This document shows positions 27,441 to 38,635 of a stretch of DNA of 64,000 nucleotides, piece by piece. A program made the position numbers and the translations under genes. Below the pieces are notes generated by a model. The model did not search any database and was not told the origin of the DNA. It saw nothing but the letters and a program-made list of their open reading frames with translations. How positions within the stretch are numbered: the first letter of the stretch is position 1; each line of letters starts with the position of its first letter. Source of the stretch: the human T2T-CHM13v2.0 reference genome, Homo sapiens; the NCBI RefSeq assembly GCF_009914755.1, contig NC_060926.1. One strand, 5' to 3'.

Positions 27441-28194
27441 AAGAGAACCAGGATCTCTTGCTCTGAAATGATTCGGGTTAAGGTTGTGCCATAGTCAGCC
27501 CAAGCCAATTACTTCCCTAGATTTCTCCAGTTCAGAGCCAGTCACTCTGCGTGCTCCTGCATCACTTCATCTAACTGAGATCAGGTTACACTGGGGAGCT
27601 TCAAGGTCACTGGAGTTCAGCCTTTGGAGTATGTGCAGATGCAGGGAGGGGCATTTCCACTTCAGGTCCTCAGTGGCTTATATTGCCTTAAGGCTTGCCC
27701 GTCACACTGTGGTATTGAGAGCAGTTGAGAGAGAGACGTCAGCACCTCTCCTACTTACCCCTCCCACTGTCTTCCTGAGCTATTGCTCAGTGTTATATGT
27801 GGGATCCTCAAAACCAAGGGGTCAGAATTCTCTTTTTACCCTAGCAATGGTTAAAACTATAAATGTCTTTACTGTTTAATTCCTTTTCTACCTGGGTTAG
27901 AAACACTACATCCTCTTTCCCATGCCCTGCCTTTCTTATTTCTAGCCTCTTTCACTAATAGAAAATACAGATAGTCTTCATTTAGATGCTGGAATGTGTT
28001 TCTAGAGTTGGGAACATCTACTGATCAATATGGGGGAAAGTCCTTCACAGCAGAGTTCCTATTACATTTCCAACAACATTTAGTACTTATTGATATGCAA
28101 TTAACGTAGAATTAAGGGTTTGTTAAGTCATGTCTTCTATCTTCCTCTCATCTAAAAAAAACTGCTCTAATAGTGGATTTTGATTGAAACAAGG

Positions 28195-28875
28195 CAGTGG
28201 TTCTTAATGGAGGTACTATTGCCACCAGAGAACCATTTAGATATGTAGAGGGATGACTTAGAATCATAATGATGGAATGACACTACTGACATGTATGGAG
28301 GTATGCACCAGGGTTGCTAGGTGGGCAACAGTGAACAGGAGAGTCTCAAATAAGTAATAGTCTGCTTGCAATTAACTGGGCTTGGATGCTCACTCTCCTT
28401 GATATATAGACACAGAGTATTATTTGCATGTTCCTAACACACAATGAATATTTCAGAAATGGAATTGATGAGGTGAAAGGAAAATCGGACTTTGTTTTAC
28501 TTAGAATATTAGTAAGTGTTGTTCACCATTTAAGAACACCACAGCACTCATGTTAACACCAAAGCAACCCACTGTCAGCATTCCCATGGATCCATGCATA
28601 GGCACAAGCATCTGTCAGATTCTGTTTTCTATCGTGATTGTGACCTAGCAGATATCTATTGAAATATAAAAATTGAACATATGTATATATACGATTTTTA
28701 TTATAAAATACATATCCTTTATTTCTTTATAATATTATACTTAGAGTATTATATTGATTTATGAAATTATATATATGGAAAATGGCTTATAGATTTTATT
28801 TCAGGATAATCTCAGGGGCATCACAAAATATTATAAAAGAACATCTTTGGGTGAGATAAGGCTAAAAACCCTTTG
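28195..28875. mobile_element. MER20B (hAT-Charlie)
   Basis: 'cagtggttcttaa' start; 'actttgttttacttagaatattagtaagtgttgttcaccattt', 'tttcaggataatctcaggggcatcacaaaatatt'. Confidence 0.85.
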
Positions 28876-29119
28876 TCTAGAGAATAATCCTTAGCCGCCC
28901 AACCAGCTCCTCAGCCTAATGAGTAGTTAAGTGTGCACCTTGACCTCCAGCTGGGTTCTTGAACTGGAAAAATAATCCAACATTTGTTCATCCTTTGGAA
29001 AACGAACTATTTGCCAAGAATCAGAAAACCATCACCAGAAAAAGGATAGTAATAGTGTATTCTCTCTTTTCTCTCTCTAGCTCCCTCTCTCTCTCTCTGT
29101 ATCACTGTCCCCTCCACAC

Positions 29120-29435
29120 TCACCCCGCCCCCACACATGCATCCCTCTCTCTGGCAAACAAAGAAACTGCAAACAAAGGAATAACTTGGCAAGTGCTGCT
29201 CTGTTTGAGAAAAACGAAGGGAGAGTTGCCCAGGCTAACTGAGTTCTCTCCACACCAACCAATCTTTTTGTTTTTCTCTCTCCATAAGATGTCTTTACGC
29301 TTTTCCACATTGGCTTAACCTCTACTTGTTGTCTGTGATTTTGCCCAAGTCCTGCGCTCACTATAAAGCCCTTCTTGGAAAGCAGGAGCCATGGACAATT
29401 ATGCTCCTTTGAACTTCTCAGTTCCTTTGAACTCG
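29120..29435 (+). promoter_or_regulatory. Candidate promoter/enhancer motif cluster
   Basis: GC box 29123-29131, GCAAACA x2, CCAAT 29259, MRE-like TGCGCTC 29353, TATAAAG 29362, STAT site TTCTTGGAA 29372, CCTTTGAAC x2 (29406, 29424); motif evidence only. Confidence 0.35.
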
Positions 29436-30259
29436 TCTCTCCCTCTCCCCTTAGAGCTTATCTTCTCAGCTCGATTCTAAGCTGTTTAAAGCAAGGAATG
29501 TGTTTATGTTCCGTTATAGCTTTTAAAATGTCTACCACGTAGTGGCATTTAGGAATTATTTGCTTTGTATTGTATTTTGAAGTCAACTAGTGTGATGCCT
29601 CCAGCTTTGTTCTTTTTGCTCAATATAGCTTTGGCTATTCCAGGTCTTTTGTGGTACCATACAAATTTTAGGATTTTTGAACATATATTTCCATGAAGAA
29701 TGTCATTGGTATTTTGATAGGGATGGTATTAAATCTGTAGATTGTTTTTGGGTAGTATGGACATTTTAATGATTTAATTCTTTCAATCCATGAACACAGA
29801 AAACCTTTTCACTGATTTATGTCTTCTTTAATTTCTTTCATCAATGTTTTATGGTTTTTGTTGTAGAGACCTTTTATCTCCTTGGTAAAGTTTATTCCTA
29901 ATTTTTTTGTAGCTATTGTAAATAAGACTTTTAAAATTTCTTTTTCAGAGAGTTTCCTCTTGATGTGTAAAAACATTTCTAAGTTTTGTATGCTGATTTG
30001 GTATCCTGAAACTTTATTGAGTTTATTATCTTGATCAAAAGAATAAAGCTGAAGGCATCACACTTCCTGACTTCAAAATATACTACAAAGCTATAGTAAC
30101 CAAAACAGTATGATGCTGGCATAAAAACAGACACGTAGACTAAAGGATCAATAGAAAGCCCATAAATAAACTCATGCATCTACATCCAAATCATTTTTGA
30201 CAAAGGTGCCAAGAATACACAATGAAGAAAGGACAGTCTCTTTAATAAATGGTTGTGAG

Positions 30260-30955
30260 CCAGTTAGAATGGTGATCATTAAAAAGTCAGGAAACAACAG
30301 GTGCTGGAGAGGATGTGGAGAAATAGGAACACTTTGACACTGTTGGTGGGACTGTAAACTAGTTCAACCATTGTGGAAGTCAGTGTAGCAATTCTTCAAG
30401 GATCTTGAACTAGAAATACCATTTGACCCAGCCATCCCATTAGTGGGTATATACCCAAAGGATTATAAATCATGCTGCTATAAAGACACATGTACACGTA
30501 TGTTTATTGTGGCACTATTCACAATAGCAAAGACTTGGAACCAACCCAAATGTCCATCAATGATAGACTGGATTAAGAAAATGTGGCTCATATACACCAT
30601 GGAATACCATGAAGCCATAAAAAAGGATGAGTTCATGTCCTCTGTAGGGACATGGATGAAGCTGGAAACCATCATTCTCAGCAAACTAACGCAAGGACAG
30701 AAAACCAAACACCACATGTTCTTATTCATAACTGGGAATTGAACAATGAGAATACTTGGACACAGGAAGGGGAACATCACACACCGGGGCCTATTGTGGG
30801 GTGGGGGAGGGGGGAGGGATAGCATTAGGAGATATACCTAATGTAAATGAGGAGTTAATGGGTGGAGCACACCAACATGGCACATATATACATATGTAAC
30901 AAACCTGCACATTGTGCACATGTACCCTAAAACTTAAAGTATAATTAAAAATATA
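30260..30955 (+). mobile_element. L1PA3-5-like 3' fragment with 16-bp TSD; carries ORF2p C-terminus (ORF 30443-30742)
   Basis: TSD aataaatggttgtgag at 30244-30259 and 30956-30971; translation 'YPKDYKSCCYKDTCTRMFIVALFTIAKTWNQPKCPS'. Confidence 0.97.
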
Positions 30956-31614
30956 AATAAATGGTTGTGAGAAAACTGGACATCATATGCAGAAGAATGA
31001 AATTAGACCCTTGTCTCACACCATATACAAAAGTTAACTTAGAATGGATTAAAGACTTAAATTTAAGAGCCAAAACTATAAACTTCTAGAATAAAACCTG
31101 TGAATATGGGCAACAACTTTGTGGATAAGACCTTAAAATCATAGGCAACAAAAGTGAAAATAAACAAACAGAATTACATCAAACTGAAAAAAAAAAAGTA
31201 TGCACAGCAAAAAAAAAAAAAATCAGTAGAGTGAAGAGACAACCTACAGAATGAGAGAAAATACATACATACATACATACCTCATAAAATACAAATTGCA
31301 TACATCAGATAAGGGGCTATTATCCAAAATATACAAAGAACCAAAACTACTCTATAACAAGGAAACAAATAACTCTATTAAAAAATAGGCAGAGAACTTG
31401 AAGAGACAGTTCTCAAAAGACATACAAATGGCCAACAGATATATGAAAAAGTGATCAACATTTCTAAGCATCAGAGAAATGAAAATAAAAATCATAATGA
31501 GATATCATTTTACCACTGTTAGAATGGCTATTATCAAAATGATGAAAGATAACAAGTAAAGATGTGGCTAAAAGGAAACCCGTATACACTGTTATTATTA
31601 GTGTAAATTAGTTA

Positions 31615-31793
<179 letters not shown>

Positions 31794-31962
31794 GAATTAT
31801 TACGTAATCCAGCAATGCCACTACTAGTTGTATACCCAAATGAATTGATATCAGTATGTTGAAAAGATATCTACTCTCCCATGTTCATTTCAGTCCTATT
31901 TACAATATCCAAGACATGGAAACAACCTAAGTATCCAACAATGGATGATTAGATTTTAAAAT

Positions 31963-31965
<3 letters not shown>

Positions 31966-32002
<37 letters not shown>

Positions 32003-32060
32003 TGTGTATAGATAGATACATAGAGAGAGAGAGATAGATAGACAGATAGATAGATAGAGA
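31966..32060. repeat. (TG)n followed by (GATA)n/(GA)n
   Basis: Directly visible. Confidence 0.95.
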
Positions 32061-32873
32061 GTATTCAGCCATTAAAAACAAAAACAGGAAATTCTTTCAT
32101 TTGCAACAACATGGATGAACCAAGAGGAGACTATGTTAAGTGAAATAGTGTCACAGAGAGACAGGGACAAAGAGACAAATAATGTATGATCTCAGTCATA
32201 CTTGATATCTGGAAGAGTTGACCTTATACAAGTAGAGAATAGAATGGTGGTTACTAGAGTCTGAGTGAGGTGTGGGGGAGGGTGACTGGGGAAAGAAGAG
32301 CTGTTGGTTTGTGAGTACAAAGTTACAATTGGGAGAAATAAGTTTTGAAGATCTTTTTGCACATTAGAGGGAATATAGTGATTAATAACATACTGTATAT
32401 TTTAAAATAGCTAAAAGAAAGGATTCTAAATGTTCTCACCACAAAGAAATGATAAATGTTTGAGATGCCAAATATGTTAATTATCCTGATTTGATTATTA
32501 AAAAAGTGTATCTGCATTGAAATGCATTGTACCCCATAAGTATATACAATTATTTGTCAATTAAAAATAAATTCTTAAAAAGTTATCTGCTGATAAAGAA
32601 GTTGCAGTTCTAACATTTACCCCAATCAACACTTTTCTTATAAACAGATTCCCAATTCCTATTCCCAGATGTGCCTAGCAGTGTTTCTGATATCTGTTAC
32701 TCTTAGGAGCACTGACCAGCTTCAGAGAAGGCAACTGCCTCTGTGGACCCAGGGAAGGAACAAGGGACTTGGAATGATTAAGAGCGGTAAGCTGTATGTT
32801 TCACACTGAGACAGAACATCAACACATAGCATCCCTAGGTTCTGAAATAGCCCTCACATACTCAGGTGTCTAT

Positions 32874-33278
32874 AGGGCGATAATATATTCCAATTTGTCT
32901 GGAACTGTCCCGGTTTTTCTCTTTTGTCTCAACGTGATTAGTTACAAAGACTTTCATGCTCAACATTGTCAGGTGTGGACATGACACATTGCTCCTGATG
33001 GAGGGGCTCCAGGCAGGCACCCCACATGGGTGAGGCTGGCAGGTGAGGGCTGTGGAGCTCTGGAGAGAGCATGGCAGGTCCAAAGAGGTTCCTGTCTATG
33101 ATTGCTACATGCAATTGTTGGGCCCGATGTTGTGAGATCTTTTTATGTTTTCAGAGAAGTCAAAAATTACACCTTCAAGTGTTGGGAACTAATTCTGTTA
33201 AAAGACTATTGTTTTGATTAAAAAAATTAAAAACTGTGAGGATCAGCTTTGGCTTAAAGGTGCTGGTTTAAAACTGTT
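32874..33278. mobile_element. hAT fragments: MER94/Blackjack-like end (about 32874-32920) and MER102-like (about 33000-33278)
   Basis: 'agggcgataatatattccaatttgtctggaactgtcccggtttt'; 'gggcccgatgttgtgagatctt...tcagagaagtc...gtgttgggaactaattc'. Confidence 0.6.
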
Positions 33279-33284
33279 CAGTAG

Positions 33285-33505
33285 AAAAATGAGATGACTA
33301 TACTTGACAATAATTGATTGTATTATTTTGAAATAGCTAGAAGACTTGGAATGTTCCCAGCACAAAAAAAAATGATAAATGTTTGAGGTGGTGAATATCC
33401 CAATTACCTAGCTTTGATCATTACACATTGTATGCTTTTATGAAAATGTCATATGCACCCCACAAATGTATACAATGATTAAATCCATATAAATTAAAAA
33501 TAAAT
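33285..33505 (+). mobile_element. L1MA5/6-like 3' terminus
   Basis: 'aaatgataaatgtttgaggtggtgaatatcccaattacc...gatcattacacattgtatgc'. Confidence 0.88.
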
Positions 33506-34749
33506 TTCAAAAATACCTTTTAAAAAGGTATTCTCTGTAAGGGACTACCTGGATCCTGGTCCTTCTACCCCTGAAGATGTCTCTCTATGAGCTTGGTTCA
33601 TTTTATTAAGGAAAAAATTAGGATTGGGGGTGGGTAAGAGGGTCTAAATCTTGGCTTTATTACTCACTAGCAGTGTAACCTCAGAAAAACAGTCACAAAC
33701 TTATGCTGTCTCATCTATAAAATAATAAACATGGGCTAGATGCCACCTAGATGCCTCTAAGCTCTAAGAGTCTGTAATTCTTTCATTCTGACCTTAACTC
33801 TTGCTTTTGTTTTGTCTAACACATTCATCATCCACGCTGAGAATCCTAAAAGGGTGTTAGTTATATTTTCTGTTCCTTAAAAATGAAATTTGTTCTCCTA
33901 TTCATTTCTCAGGTGTCTGGCTCCTAATAGATGTACTACTAATACTGATTACCAATAATTTTAGTACTGAGTAGTACTAAAATATCACCCTAAAGCAGAA
34001 TATATAACTCTATTAATTTTTAACCCAATAATTGAATGTCCTTCCCTTTGTATGTATTATTACTATTATTACAAATTACACATAGGCGAAAATTTGAAGA
34101 AAACATAACAACTTTTTACTGGATTTGTGTTAGCTAGTGAGATTATGGACTTTTCTTTCTACTTATCTGTTTTTCTAGTTTTTGGATTTTTTTTAATGTG
34201 ATTACATTGCTTTAATAGTAAAATTATTAAAATACTATTTTTAATAATAAAAATAATATATAAATGATCATCACAGATAAGTAAATAGAAAAAGTACCAT
34301 AAAGGACATGCAGCAAACTACAAATTCTAGTTACCTTGTTTGAGAGAAATGAGATTTAGGAGGGAGATATGAGCATGATAATTTAGTTCCCTACATACTT
34401 TTGTATTATTTGAAATTTTTATACAGAACATTTATTCATGCATTATTTATGAACTTAAAATGAATTAATCAAATTTTAAAATGAATTATTTACCTTGCGT
34501 TTAGAGGAACTGAGTCTTTCTTGATTGTAGATTGCTTTGTCAGTTTCCTGCCAAACAGAACCTTATGTGTCGGCCCCAGTTTCTACATCCTATGAAAGAC
34601 AGGCTGGGGAGGGTATGTGACTTGTCCAAGTAGTAAAGAATGTTGGAAACTGTGTCTGGGCTAAAATCCGGTACTTGCCTAAACTGAGTCTGCAGCATTT
34701 TTATTTGGCTTTTTAAAACATCTTTCTGAATTAGCATGCATTTGTGTTT

Positions 34750-35280
34750 TTAAAATCTTTGATTCCTTTCTGTCCTGAAGTCTACAAATCTTCCTCTAAT
34801 GTGACTGTAAGAGATAAGGGGAAAACATCAATTTCCTAACACTTTTGTTTAGAAAAGAACATACATGATTAAATAGATAATTATTATTATTTTTCCTTTT
34901 GGGGGGAAGGTACAGGGAATATAGATAACAGTTGGATTATTCTTTGAATATACATCATAATTTACTTCCTTACATAAATTCAACAGATCCATGTCTGTGT
35001 GAAGCAAAATACATAGGAAGTTTGTTGCTTGCCATTTGTCTCTCTTCAAGTCCAAAAGAGCCTAGCTGGAATTGCTCCTCCCAAAAGCAAACAGCGTTTT
35101 TTTTTTTCCGAAGCAGTCTGTTTCTTGCACAAATCTTTCCAAAAAGAGTCATCTATTGTTTCTTCCCTTGAAAGTTACAAAAGCATCTTTCTTAACCGCC
35201 ATATTTTTACCTTCAATGTAGAGCCAAAGATAAATCTTATTTGGAATATAATTTTTTCTTTGAAGACTATGCACTGCATT
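34750..35280 (-). mobile_element. Decayed LINE ORF2 N-terminus (APE endonuclease remnant)
   Basis: Collinear motifs WLYIEGKNMAVKK (35226-35188), FVQET (35133-35119, same frame), WEEQFQLGSF/WT, FLCILLHTDMD, NPTVIYIP. Confidence 0.6.
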
Positions 35281-35299
35281 TAGTCTGGGGAACTTGGAC

Positions 35300-36861
35300 A
35301 CTACCACGACTAAATCATAACTAGAAAGATTTGAAGAGTAGCAAAGATTTCTGGTTTTTTTTTCCTTAAAACAATAATCATGCTTGCATTTCTTTAACTT
35401 TCATCCTCAACATCAGGGCTTTTGGATCTTCAGTTTCTGTGAAACCTGTTGCTCCTCTGTCTACAAATGCAGTTTGGGCTTTGGCTTTTGCCTAGGTGAA
35501 ACTACTGATAAATATGTATCTAGTATTTGTTCATGGGAAGTTTCAATCTGCCCCTTGATTTATTTCCCTTGAAAACATCCTTCATCCTTCCCCTTATGCA
35601 ATCAGCCTTCACTAACACAATCCCACCTGGGCCTCCCAGAGACGTGGGACCCACATGTTTGACGGGTGAAGGCCTCTCCTGCCAATTTCCTGTGGCTACT
35701 TCTCTCCTTCCTCTCATTGTTCCTTTCTTCTCTTCCTTGTTCCTCCTCCTCCAGCTTCTACATCGAATCATCTCCAACGCTGCCTTCTTTTCTCATGTAC
35801 TTTCATGGGACTGCTTCATTATCTGGAACTGAATTCTCTGCCTGCTCTGTTTAAACTTGTTTTGAGTCTGGGACAGGTGAGGATGCCTCCAGCTCCTTAT
35901 CCTCTTCTTCTTGTCTCCAGCCCCAGGGCAAATGCTTCTCTTCTTTGCAAAGGTTGCACCATCCCCTCTGCCCACAATTGCTACCTTTGTGTTCAGAATC
36001 CAAGCACCTGAAACATCAGAGCAGGCTGCATGCCATGCTAATTTTGCCTGTGTGGATTAAGACATTATAATGATCCTGCGGCCGTGCCCTGTGACCTCCA
36101 CAGCCAAGGTTCTGCTCTGAAGCCATGGTCCAGTGGCATCAGAATAGCCCTACTTAAGAATAGGACACCAAAGGCATTTATAAACCCCCTTTCTGGACTC
36201 TACAATCTCTGATTCACATCTGAATTCTTCAGGGAGGAACACATAGCTATCCCTTAAATGTATACACAAAGCACGCTGATAATTAGAGTTTTCACTCTGT
36301 AATTTCAGTATAGGCTAGCGTCAGCTCATTTTGGATCCAATTGTTAAATTTGAAGGAATTTTATGAATCAGTTCATATAATGTTGGTAGCTTGAAATTGG
36401 CCATGGGGGGAGTGTTTACACTATTGAAGTTGGCAATTCCACTAACTAAGCCATTTTTTTTTTTTTTCTCCTGGAGAGACAATTATTAAACATTTACCAG
36501 TAGGCCAACGGCAGGGCTCTGATGAAAACTTGAGTGAAAAAAGAAACAAAGCAAAACAAAAATCACATAAAATGTGACAATTCAACTTTGTGAACATTTT
36601 CTGAGTCTTCTATCCAAACATCTTCAGGGACCTTACGAGACCCTGCTCTTTGGATGGGTTTTTCTTGATTTCTCTTTCTTCCTAATATCTGGTCTCTTCT
36701 GCTTCTAACATTTTAGCAAGAACAAGCACACAACCAAAAATAAAGTTACTAGCGATAGGTATGGAATATTGCCTTCTTTTTTCCATAGTTTATTTTCTAT
36801 TTTGCTTCTTCATCTTAGGGCTTCCATTACAGACAGTGGCTGAGGTTGACTGGGCTGCCAT
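35300..36861 (-). pseudogene. Decayed ZCCHC3-like / Tx1-clade ORF1p with CCHC zinc knuckles and acidic tail, interrupted by MER63A
   Basis: ATG in strong context at 36861 (MAAQST); SNFIFGCVLVLAKMLEAEETRY (36750-36685); DSYVFLPEEFRCESEIVESRKGV (36251-36183); CFRCLDSEHKGSNC-GQRGW-CNLCKEEKHLPWGW (36015-35917); multiple stops and frameshifts. Confidence 0.75.
36306..36510. mobile_element. MER63A (hAT-Blackjack)
   Basis: 'aattgttaaatttgaaggaatttt', 'gttggtagcttgaaattggccatgggggagtgtttacac', 'ttaaacatttaccag'. Confidence 0.88.
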
Positions 36862-37239
36862 AGTGTATCAGGAAAAATGATGTCATTGTCTGTAACTTGC
36901 CTATGACCCTGATTCTGCAGCTTGTCACCTCTCCCTTCAGATCTTCCAGTGTCTAGATGACAGATCTTTTCCCTGGCCATTTTCCAGAATTTCCACAGAA
37001 GCCTCTTCATTGCAATTTCATCACTCATACAGGTCATTTTGGGAGGCCTGGATTGAGCGAGAAATAATTCAAGGTGCTTTGACACCAAGAGATCGTGTCC
37101 TCAAAGAACCTTAATCAGTGGCACAACCAGGACTAGAACCCAGGTCTCCTGAAACCTGAACCTAGTATTCTCACTGACATACAGGCCTGCTTATTTTAAT
37201 GCTGACATACCTGTAATTCATTCTGCTTTAGTTTTCTTA

Positions 37240-37602
37240 AACTTAAACCAGGTGGTGATTAAAACCTTACTCAAAAAGTTCACACAAGAGAAAAGGAAAT
37301 GAGAATTTATTGGTTCACACCTGGACAGTCTTGATTCAAATTCTGAAGTAGCATTATCACAAATCTTTCTCTCCATCCCAAAATCTGCTTTCTTTCCTCC
37401 GCGTGTCCCTTCCTTTCTAACCAGGCTCCTCCTGTGTGATGGTAAACCTAGGAGCATCCAGCTCACATCCTACAGGTTGAGAAAGTCCAATAAAAACAAG
37501 CAAAAGGCTCTGGAAGGGTCTGCTTAGTCTGAAATATTAGGGTGCTGCAATCAAAGGCTGGAAAAGAAATAATGAACCGGCAAACACAACAGATGTCTGA
37601 TA
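37240..37602 (-). mobile_element. MLT1J/I-like MaLR LTR (MIR fragment just left, about 37085-37180)
   Basis: 'gaatttattggttcac', 'accaggctcctcctgtgtgatggtaa...ccagctcacatcc', 'caacagatgtc'. Confidence 0.55.
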
Positions 37603-38417
37603 GAGCCCCTAATGGGGAAGAAAGAAAAGTTACATCTGCCATTTACACTGTCTGTGATTGTGCATGGAGATGGCACTCAACGTGAGGAGTCCCACCATGT
37701 CTTCCAGCTTCCTGGAGCATGGGAAGCCAGACTGATAATTTCAGAGGTGACTCAATCAGCATAGTGAAAGCATTAATGTTGGCAGACAGAAAACTCATAT
37801 TCTCCCAGTTTCCTTGTGTCAGAGAAATCAAAAACAAATGGTAGCTTTCTTAACTCTTGACATTTTAGTTGAAAAATATTTCCTTCCAACTATCCTTTCT
37901 TTTCTTTTAATATCCCATTACCTCATTTTTTAACAATAATTTTGGTGGGAATGGACAAAACACCTGAGAGTGGCTCTAGGCCGACAGGATGATGAAAGAA
38001 ATGACACTGTGGGTCTCTCCTATTCCTAATTTCCATAACTTTTAAGAGCACAGGCTGCTGACACAAAATGATACAAGTAGGAAAGTTGCTTGGAGCACAA
38101 AAGTTCAATGCAACCAAAGACCTGATAGACTACCCCTGGCTCAGCCTGTCCCAAATCAGTATGTTTTCCATAATGTGATCTTTCATTTGGCTTCTTTTCT
38201 CAGTACTGAACTGCTTTCTCCTGTGTAATTTAAGCATCAAATATGTATCATGACCCACCCTGAAGCACTGTCTCCTTGGATGACAAAATAATTTAAAAAT
38301 AAATTGCATTGTAAAGAAAAAATATTGTTAAATAATGGGGTACCCTTGAATAATAGGATACCAAAATGTGGTGTGTACATGTGGAAATGTTATGTCTTAC
38401 TCAACGTGTGTAGAGCA

Positions 38418-38635
38418 CTAGTTTTCCTGAAAAGACTCCAGAATACACTAAATCAGGAACTCTGAGGGTGAAACCCAACACTGTGTGTTTTAACAAGACC
38501 TCTAGCTGATGCAAGCTAAGGTTCCAGACCCACTGGGTTTTATTTTTAACTTTCCTAAGCTTCAATGTCATTGTCTATAACATGTGAGTAGCACCTAATT
38601 TTCAGGGTTTTCATAAAGATTAAATTTGACCAAAA
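38418..38635. mobile_element. MER5A fragment plus MIR fragment
   Basis: 'aactctgagggtgaaacccaacactgtgtgttttaacaag'; 'cttcaatgtcattgtctataa...aagattaaat'. Confidence 0.65.

Noticed and set aside
30443-30825. 99-aa and 115-aa ORFs (also 23786-24055, 15602-15908, 6847-7068)
   Set aside because: L1 ORF2p C-terminus or antisense L1 frames from truncated copies.
34540-34737. Apparent continuation of the APE domain (FTTWTS-like motif)
   Set aside because: The minus strand here matches the MIR core (ttggacaagtcac...tgtagaaactgggg), so it is not counted as ORF2 evidence.
35520-36011. Listed ORFs 35520-35777, 35527-35832, 35793-35975 and 35805-36011 as genes
   Set aside because: They are off-frame or antisense shadows of the decayed zinc-knuckle ORF; the informative frame is not in the track.
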